Part shown: in pieces, positions 39,872-45,006 of the stretch
How positions within the stretch are numbered: position 1 is the stretch's first letter
Layout: every line of letters begins with the position of its first letter
Source of the DNA: a virus
Strand: one strand, 5' to 3'
DNA: 45,006 bases
Virus record (IMG/VR): IMGVR_UViG_3300045988_102880
Coordinates: 1-45,006 of that record
Position numbers and translations under genes: made by a program
Notes under the pieces: generated by a model
Databases searched by the model: none
What the model was told of the DNA's origin: nothing
Seen by the model: only the letters and a program-made list of their open reading frames with translations

Positions 39872-42484
39872 CTATACCTCCATAAAATCAAACAGTGTCG
39901 GCTCATCCACCTCGTTCTCTGCAGCCTGCAGATATCCAACACCATCCCGGAAGTAATCTGGATTTAGCTCACAGCCTTTTCCATACCGGTGCATCTTTAC
40001 TGCTGTCATAGGCACCGTCATAAGCCCTCCAAACGGGTCATAAACCGTATCTCCCTCGTTGCTGTAACGATTGATGATCCGCTCCACAATATCCAGCTGT
40101 AACGGACACACATGCATCTGTGCGCGTCTGCGGCTCTGTGTTGTGTTAAGGGTACGCATCCGGTTGATATCATCCCATACTTCCATCTGATTCCAGGATC
40201 CCGGTGCAACCACCATGAAGGTAGCCGGGAGTTTCCCGTTTTCATCCAGCTTCTTTGCCAGATTCACATGGTCTTCATAGCTGTATATGCTTTCCCGGCT
40301 GTACTTCCGGTACACTGCCTGCAGGTTATCTACGGATATGTTTTCCAGCTCTTCCTTGCTGATCAGACGGTCTCCAGATGACCTCCAGTATCCGTGAGCA
40401 TCAATCTGCCACTGTGCCCTTGTATACTCCTCCTTGGACTTCTTGACCGGCATATCCGCATATGCCGTGGATCTATCTGTCGGAAGTTTCCGAAAAAGCA
40501 GGATATACTCCGGGCATCCTACTCCCATCTTGGATCCGTCCTTGCACTGCTCCGACCACCCCAGCCGGTAGGTCTGGTTATTCTCACGAACCACATCCGT
40601 TACCACTGTGATCATTCCAAAATACTGGAAGCCGTGTTTCATATAGTGGCTGATGCACTGTGCATGAAATGGTTCAATAGTCGGCATTCCGGTACCTGTC
40701 GCATTACCAAACAGCACACGGTCTTTTACATGAATTGCTGCCACTCTGCCAGGGCGCAATACCCGCAGCAGTTCCGGTGTAAGATAATCCATCTGCTCAA
40801 AAAACCGGTCTGTATTTTGGTTATGACCGAAATCATTGTAATTTGCACTGTATTCATAGTGATTACCAAAGGGGATGGATGTATGGATCAGATCCACACT
40901 GTTGCTTTCCATCGCTCTTGTCTCTTCCACGCAATCTCCATACACCGCCTCATAATGCTGTCCTCGCACTGTTCTTTCTTCTCTGCTGCCTTCCACGCCC
41001 ATCTTCCTTTCCAGCCGCTCTGCCTTATTTGCAGAGGTCAGTCCATATTTCTTTACAATCTCGATCATCTTTGCAACCATGTGATTGTGGTTCTTCCATT
41101 TTTCCAGCAATGCTTCCTTGATCTGCCGCTCATTCTCCATGTAAATGATGTCGATCACAACCGGATATTGCTGCAAGAACCTGTAACACCGGTGCACCGC
41201 CTGAATGAAATCATTGAACTCATAATCAAGTCCCAGAAAGATTTCCCTGTGACAATACCTCTGGAAATTACATCCGGATCCCGATAATGATTTCTTTGTA
41301 GCAAACAGCTTTGTCTTACCATTCGAGAAATCAATCACCCTCTGCTCCCGAAGGTCATAGTCCATAGATCCGTAAATGTCCACGGTCTCCGGTAATGCCT
41401 TTTTAATTGCATGCCGCTCATTTTCGAGATCATGCCACAGCAGGAAATGATCTTCCGGGGATTCTTCCACGATTCTCTTCATCTCAGCTACACGCTGATC
41501 TATGCTGTCACGCTTCACTGCTGCCGCTTCTTTTAGTCCTTCCGCTGCTTCCTGAAACAGTTGCATCTGACCGTTCTTGTCAGCAGTATCACCATAGTGC
41601 ACCGGCAATTCATGCCACCTTACTTCCAACGGCGGCAGATCATAACCGACATCAGAATATGTAGGATCCAGATCTGAAGGTCTGGTGATGAATAATGCCC
41701 AGCTACTCACCCACATCCAGAACTCATCTTCCATGTTTGGATACAGGGTCAGGTTATTTGCCTTGGTACTGTCACGCTGAAAGAATCGTGTCAGTGCCTG
41801 TCCGGTGTCCATCACTTCCAGATATCCAGCATAATGGATCAGCTCCTTATATTTGTTCGGTGACGGTGTAGCCGTTGCTACCAGCTTATACGGCACGTTC
41901 TTGAATTTGTTCAGGAACGTCTGATATGTCTTACTGCCAAATGATCGGAGTACACTCGCTTCATCCAACGATGTTGCCGAAAAATAATCTGGCCGGATGT
42001 CTCCATCTCGAACTCTCTCATAATTTGTGATCACGATCTGGCTGGTACTATGTTCCACTTCTTCCATTGTCCGGCAGTATTCTGGTTTCTCATACCCCAG
42101 AACTTCCACCGCATCTCTGGTAAATTCCTGCTTTACTCCAAGCGGTAACACGATCAATGCACGTCCGCCACTATGTTCCGCTGCCAGATGGCAAAACTCG
42201 ATTTCCTGCACGGTCTTTCCCAGTCCAAAGCTTTCAAATAGTGCCCGTCTGCCACCTCTTAATGCCCACATCACAGCATCACACTGGTGTGGCTTCAATG
42301 CTTTATTGACTTTCTCCGGATCCACTATGAATCCGCTCTCTGTCGCAAGCTCAATCTTTGTTTCCAAAAACTCTTTGTATGTCATTTCATAAAAGGAGAC
42401 CGCATATGCTTCACTCTGGCCAGAGTCTCGGCTCCTTTCTTCTATTCTACGTCTATCCCCGTTAAACATCTGGGATGATCCCAT
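39872..42484 (-). CDS. SNF2-family helicase fused to an N4/N6-type (beta-class) DNA methyltransferase
   Basis: Helicase motifs LKPHQ, GLGKT, DEAS and QAVHRCYRF. Methyltransferase half has DLIHTSIPFG (motif IV variant) and later DTVYDPFGGLMT (motif I). The start codon is uncertain. Confidence 0.8.
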   Translation of the reverse strand: MGSSQMFNGDRRRIEERSRDSGQSEAYAVSFYEMTYKEFLETKIELATESGFIVDPEKVNKALKPHQCDAVMWALRGGRRALFESFGLGKTVQEIEFCHLAAEHSGGRALIVLPLGVKQEFTRDAVEVLGYEKPEYCRTMEEVEHSTSQIVITNYERVRDGDIRPDYFSATSLDEASVLRSFGSKTYQTFLNKFKNVPYKLVATATPSPNKYKELIHYAGYLEVMDTGQALTRFFQRDSTKANNLTLYPNMEDEFWMWVSSWALFITRPSDLDPTYSDVGYDLPPLEVRWHELPVHYGDTADKNGQMQLFQEAAEGLKEAAAVKRDSIDQRVAEMKRIVEESPEDHFLLWHDLENERHAIKKALPETVDIYGSMDYDLREQRVIDFSNGKTKLFATKKSLSGSGCNFQRYCHREIFLGLDYEFNDFIQAVHRCYRFLQQYPVVIDIIYMENERQIKEALLEKWKNHNHMVAKMIEIVKKYGLTSANKAERLERKMGVEGSREERTVRGQHYEAVYGDCVEETRAMESNSVDLIHTSIPFGNHYEYSANYNDFGHNQNTDRFFEQMDYLTPELLRVLRPGRVAAIHVKDRVLFGNATGTGMPTIEPFHAQCISHYMKHGFQYFGMITVVTDVVRENNQTYRLGWSEQCKDGSKMGVGCPEYILLFRKLPTDRSTAYADMPVKKSKEEYTRAQWQIDAHGYWRSSGDRLISKEELENISVDNLQAVYRKYSRESIYSYEDHVNLAKKLDENGKLPATFMVVAPGSWNQMEVWDDINRMRTLNTTQSRRRAQMHVCPLQLDIVERIINRYSNEGDTVYDPFGGLMTVPMTAVKMHRYGKGCELNPDYFRDGVGYLQAAENEVDEPTLFDFMEV

Positions 42485-42654
42485 TTAATCCTATATCCAC
42501 AACTCCTACAAAAATCAGATATTACACCGCAGGACACCGTTGCTCCGCATTTCCCACATGTCCACCAATCTTTAATATGATTTCCTTTGTGATATTTGGG
42601 TCTAATTCCAGTATTCATTTTTTCATATCGTTCTAACTTTTCCTTGTCTGTCAT
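42442..42654 (-). CDS. Zinc-ribbon protein, 70 aa
   Basis: WWTCGKCGATVSCGVISDFCRSCGYRI. Confidence 0.5.
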   Translation of the reverse strand: MTDKEKLERYEKMNTGIRPKYHKGNHIKDWWTCGKCGATVSCGVISDFCRSCGYRIKWDHPRCLTGIDVE

Positions 42655-42661
42655 CTATACC

Positions 42662-43882
42662 TCACTTCATCTGATCCAGCGGCAAACTTATCTGTCCCTT
42701 ACAGTTCCCACCAATCGTAGTTGGATCCCAATCAACGCCGATATAATCAAGTACCTTCGCCCAACCATAGTCATTTCCATCAGCGTCCTTGCACATATGG
42801 AACATCAGGTAATCCCACTCTTTCGGATTTTCCTTGTACAACATATCGAACCGGTGAGGTCTTTTCTCCATGTGGATTCCGAATCCACACATTGAACAAC
42901 CGGTACGCTGTGCCTTTGTGGTATATAGGGTTCCATCTGGTTTCTTTTCAATGGTTCCATAAATCTCTGGAATGATGCTGTCTGGCATCTGGAAGCTCTC
43001 TGCAATCTTTCCTTCCTCCAGAAGCTTCTCATGGTACTTTTCCTTCAGTCCAGACTTCCACATCTGGTCCATTTCCAGTGCCAAGATCAAGATATCCTGT
43101 CTATGGAAGATCGCAAACGGTGCTGATCTGATGGTTGACTTTCCGAAGTAATTACATCCGTTCATCCGTAGGCTTTTGGCACGTCTGCCGCCTTCGGATG
43201 CCATCAGTCCCAGATAAGGTACACTGTTATGCTCCTTACCCCAGTTATCACAGTTCTTCTCTTTGAGGTAATAGCAGCACTTGGAAGATACTAGGAAATC
43301 CGGCTTCTGATAATTGCACCCTTCATTCTCATTTTCATATCCACCGAACAGCTCCAGCCATCGTTGCTTCAGCTTCATGTTGGAGTCTTTCTGCCAGCCT
43401 CCATACTCTCCGGTTTCACCGGTTATGATGGCATGCCGGACCGTCTTATTCTTCTCAGATGGGTTCTGCAGCAATTCTATCTTGGCTGCCACTTCTTTGG
43501 ATATTACCGGAAATCCAAATTCCTGTATCACTCTGGCTTTCGTCCAGAGCTTCCCGTCCTCTCTCCGTAGCGGTGGTACCCGGATAATCCCCAGTGCTCT
43601 ATGTACCCGCTGGATCGACTTATCCTCCAGCATTGATGCACTCACTCCTGGAGCATTGATATTGCAGACCTCATGTAAAAACAAGTACAGAACAATGCTG
43701 TCCAGTCCGCCAACCGATACATGATAATTCAATCCTCGTCCGTCACATTCCGTGGCAAATTCCTCTGCCCGAATCTGTGCGTATTTCCGCTTAAATTCAT
43801 ACGGCTGTTTTTCCTTTTGCATGAAGGATGCTATCTTTTCATACGTTCCCAGCCGTTCCATTCTTTCTTGTACTGATTCCAT
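42662..43882 (-). CDS. PP-loop / PAPS-reductase-family protein (phage type)
   Basis: YHVSVGGLDSIVLYLFL is an SxGGxDS-like PP-loop. C-terminus has RTGCSMCGFGIHME. 406 aa. Confidence 0.65.
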   Translation of the reverse strand: MESVQERMERLGTYEKIASFMQKEKQPYEFKRKYAQIRAEEFATECDGRGLNYHVSVGGLDSIVLYLFLHEVCNINAPGVSASMLEDKSIQRVHRALGIIRVPPLRREDGKLWTKARVIQEFGFPVISKEVAAKIELLQNPSEKNKTVRHAIITGETGEYGGWQKDSNMKLKQRWLELFGGYENENEGCNYQKPDFLVSSKCCYYLKEKNCDNWGKEHNSVPYLGLMASEGGRRAKSLRMNGCNYFGKSTIRSAPFAIFHRQDILILALEMDQMWKSGLKEKYHEKLLEEGKIAESFQMPDSIIPEIYGTIEKKPDGTLYTTKAQRTGCSMCGFGIHMEKRPHRFDMLYKENPKEWDYLMFHMCKDADGNDYGWAKVLDYIGVDWDPTTIGGNCKGQISLPLDQMK

Positions 43883-43939
43883 TTTCTACGGAGTAAAGAG
43901 CTCTTTCACGCTGGCCAGCAAACCTCTTACTCCTTTCAA

Positions 43940-44200
43940 TTATTTTTTCCGCTTGCTACCGCAATACGGGCAATATGCAAACGGCGCATTCACCGGATCC
44001 CGGTATTCCATGTCGCATATACCACAGATCGTATATGTAAATTTATAGTCCGCTCCGGCTTCCTCCAGCTCAAACAGCTTTGCCAGAGCCGTATCAATAA
44101 CCTGCGTGATCCGAGGTTTTCGGCATCTGATGGCCTTAGAGCCAACAACTCGGAAATGCCGCTCGTCAACATATTCGGTCAATCTGTCTACTACTTTCAT
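43940..44200 (-). CDS. Zinc-ribbon protein, 86 aa
   Basis: ORF 43940..44236 trimmed to MKVVDRL. ..CGICDMEYRDPVNAPFAYCPYCGSKRKK. Confidence 0.5.
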   Translation of the reverse strand: MKVVDRLTEYVDERHFRVVGSKAIRCRKPRITQVIDTALAKLFELEEAGADYKFTYTICGICDMEYRDPVNAPFAYCPYCGSKRKK

Positions 44201-44373
44201 TTCTTCTTCCTCTTTCTCGGCTGGTACTTGTCGCACCAGCCTACATCACAATTCCGCCGCTGTCCGGTATCCAGATAATAATTGCAGTCAACCCTTGTCT
44301 TTCCTCCCATGTCTATCCCATAGGCACATTGGCGACAGTATGAGTTACTGGTTCTCACCATCTTCTGTGTCAT
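44197..44373 (-). CDS. Cys-rich micro-protein, 58 aa (not in the ORF track)
   Basis: AGGAGGCTCTAA precedes the ATG. MTQKMVRTSNSYCRQCAYGIDMGGKTRVDCNYYLDTGQRRNCDVGWCDKYQPRKRKKK. ATGA overlap with the next gene. Confidence 0.5.
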   Translation of the reverse strand: MTQKMVRTSNSYCRQCAYGIDMGGKTRVDCNYYLDTGQRRNCDVGWCDKYQPRKRKKK

Positions 44374-44622
44374 TTAGAGCCTCCTGCAAATAACCTCCAG
44401 CTTGTTACGGATTTCGGCTAATCTCTCGCGATTGCTAACAAGTGCCTGCTCCATGCAGTTTACCTGTTCAACGTTTTTCTGATCCATATCATATCCGTAC
44501 AGTTTTCTGCCGATATCACACACAAGACTTTCAATTCCGGTCAGAATTTCTCCTGTATTCACCACCACCTCGGCAAGGTTCATCTCATCACTTGGTTTAA
44601 CTACCATATTATCGTTCATCAT
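44374..44622 (-). CDS. Hypothetical protein, 82 aa
   Basis: GGAGGAAAAGAAG precedes the ATG. The start overlaps the stop of the hexapeptide-repeat gene. Confidence 0.5.
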   Translation of the reverse strand: MMNDNMVVKPSDEMNLAEVVVNTGEILTGIESLVCDIGRKLYGYDMDQKNVEQVNCMEQALVSNRERLAEIRNKLEVICRRL

Positions 44623-44929
44623 CTTCTTTTCCTCCTGCAAAATGTAATTCCATCAGATCCGCGATCATCAGGTATTCCTGTGCGTATTTACTGTCTTTGT
44701 GCGTTTCCTTTACTTTCGCTCTAAATTGTTCAATGGTTCCGCAAAAGCATCCACATATGACACCTATCGCTCCATCCTTCCGGATGAAGAATGTAGATGT
44801 CCGCTGCTCACTGCCAAAACCTCCAACCGTTGCATAGTCCAGATCACCGGAGACCTGTGCATCACCGGAGACCCGTGCATCACCGGAGACCCATGCATCA
44901 CCGTAGACCTGTGCATTACCGGAGACCTG
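44609..44929 (-). CDS. Hexapeptide-repeat protein, C-terminal part (joins 1-444 across the junction)
   Basis: ..DARVSGDAQVSGDLDYATVGGFGSEQRTSTFFIRKDGAIGVICGCFCGTIEQFRAKVKETHKDSKYAQEYLMIADLMELHFAGGKEDDER, stop at 44611-44609. The listed ORF 44764..45006 is the wrong frame. Confidence 0.8.
   Translation of the reverse strand, partial: QVSGNAQVYGDAWVSGDARVSGDAQVSGDLDYATVGGFGSEQRTSTFFIRKDGAIGVICGCFCGTIEQFRAKVKETHKDSKYAQEYLMIADLMELHFAGGKEDDER
44843..44929 (-). repeat. 18-bp coding tandem repeat array, part 2 (about 5 units), contiguous with part 1 across the junction
   Basis: Same 18-mer with unit starts at 44858, 44876, 44894 and 44912, plus a degenerate first unit. Confidence 0.9.
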
Positions 44930-45006
44930 TGCATTACCGTAGACCCGTGCATTACCGTAGACCCGTGCATTACCGTAGACCCGTGCATTACCGTAGACCC
45001 GTGCAT
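44930..45006. repeat. 77-bp terminal overlap identical to 1-77 (circularisation / assembly overlap)
   Basis: Both ends read 4 x tgcattaccgtagacccg + tgcat. Removing one copy leaves the crossing ORF in frame (444 + 321 = 765 nt). Confidence 0.9.

Larger units (their letters stand above)
1..45006. mobile_element. Complete circularly closed temperate siphovirus-type phage / excised prophage genome (unique length 44,929 bp)
   Basis: Positions 1-77 are identical to 44930-45006 and one ORF reads in frame across the junction. Lysogeny, replication/recombination, DNA-modification, packaging, head, tail and lysis modules are all present. Confidence 0.9.

Noticed and set aside
40394-41287. Listed 297-aa plus-strand ORF (and similar long antisense ORFs at 14239-14793, 23132-23698, 27010-27588, 30287-30877 and 32305-32922)
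   Set aside because: All lie antisense within strongly supported minus-strand genes (SNF2::methyltransferase, tail protein, capsid, the Cys-cluster protein and NP-repeat protein genes of the cassette, portal, terL). They show no RBS and a composition typical of shadow ORFs.
44764-45006. Listed minus-strand ORF of 80 aa (MHGSTVMHGSTV...)
   Set aside because: Wrong frame of the repeat. The V-Y/S-G-N/D-A-R frame continues in frame from 444 across the junction to the stop at 44609 and has a recognisable C-terminal domain.
1-45006. Search for a diversity-generating retroelement, retron, CRISPR-Cas, toxin-antitoxin pair or known defence operon
   Set aside because: I saw no reverse transcriptase, no cas-like gene, no template/variable repeat pair outside the tandem array, and no recognisable toxin-antitoxin pair in any frame. 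The variation in the hexapeptide array is not adenine-specific in the way diversity-generating retroelement mutagenesis would be.

Overview
The window is one complete, circularly closed genome of a temperate siphovirus-type phage or excised prophage. The first 77 nt equal the last 77 nt, so the unique length is 44,929 bp. The host looks like a low-GC Gram-positive (Bacillota/Clostridia-like) bacterium: GGAGG-type ribosome binding sites, a SPOR-amidase endolysin, and Gp15, GP20 and Phage_holin_1-like proteins. Nearly all genes run on the minus strand. Reading along the minus strand from the switch at about 6.9 kb, the order is: Cro-like early operon; excisionase-like gene and many micro-ORFs; Rad52/Sak-type annealing protein; HNH-like protein; PDDEXK resolvase; replisome organizer with internal iterons; a hexapeptide-repeat (left-handed beta-helix) gene that crosses the circular junction. 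Then come a DNA-modification and anti-restriction block (PP-loop/PAPS-reductase-like enzyme, SNF2-helicase::N4/N6-methyltransferase fusion, C5-methyltransferase with seven tandem TRD-like repeats, Lar-like and ASCH-like proteins), YopX, terS/terL, portal and a Mu-F-like minor capsid protein. An unusual 4.4-kb insert follows, then scaffold, major capsid and connector, then a second 1.6-kb insert carrying the only recognisable holin, then minor capsid proteins, major tail, chaperones, tape measure, tail tip and fibre. A degenerate integrase remnant and the amidase endolysin come last. Plus-strand genes are the CI-like repressor, a zinc-ribbon/DUF4352 membrane protein, the tyrosine integrase with an attP that matches the 3' half of tRNA-Lys(UUU), and two AT-rich moron-like membrane genes embedded antisense in the early operon. 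I found no rRNA, no full-length tRNA, no CRISPR array, no reverse transcriptase and no transposase. The best candidate for something undescribed is the 24.4-28.8 kb insert in the head module. It holds an acr/aca-like mini-cassette ending in a strong terminator, a seven-gene cassette (Gln-rich, NP-repeat, triple-Cys membrane, C1q/BclA-like and ferritin-like proteins), and a GC-rich 376-nt spacer with no ORF of 60 codons or more that folds into a pseudoknot and a tRNA-like cloverleaf. All family assignments are by-eye motif recognition and need HMM or structure searches.
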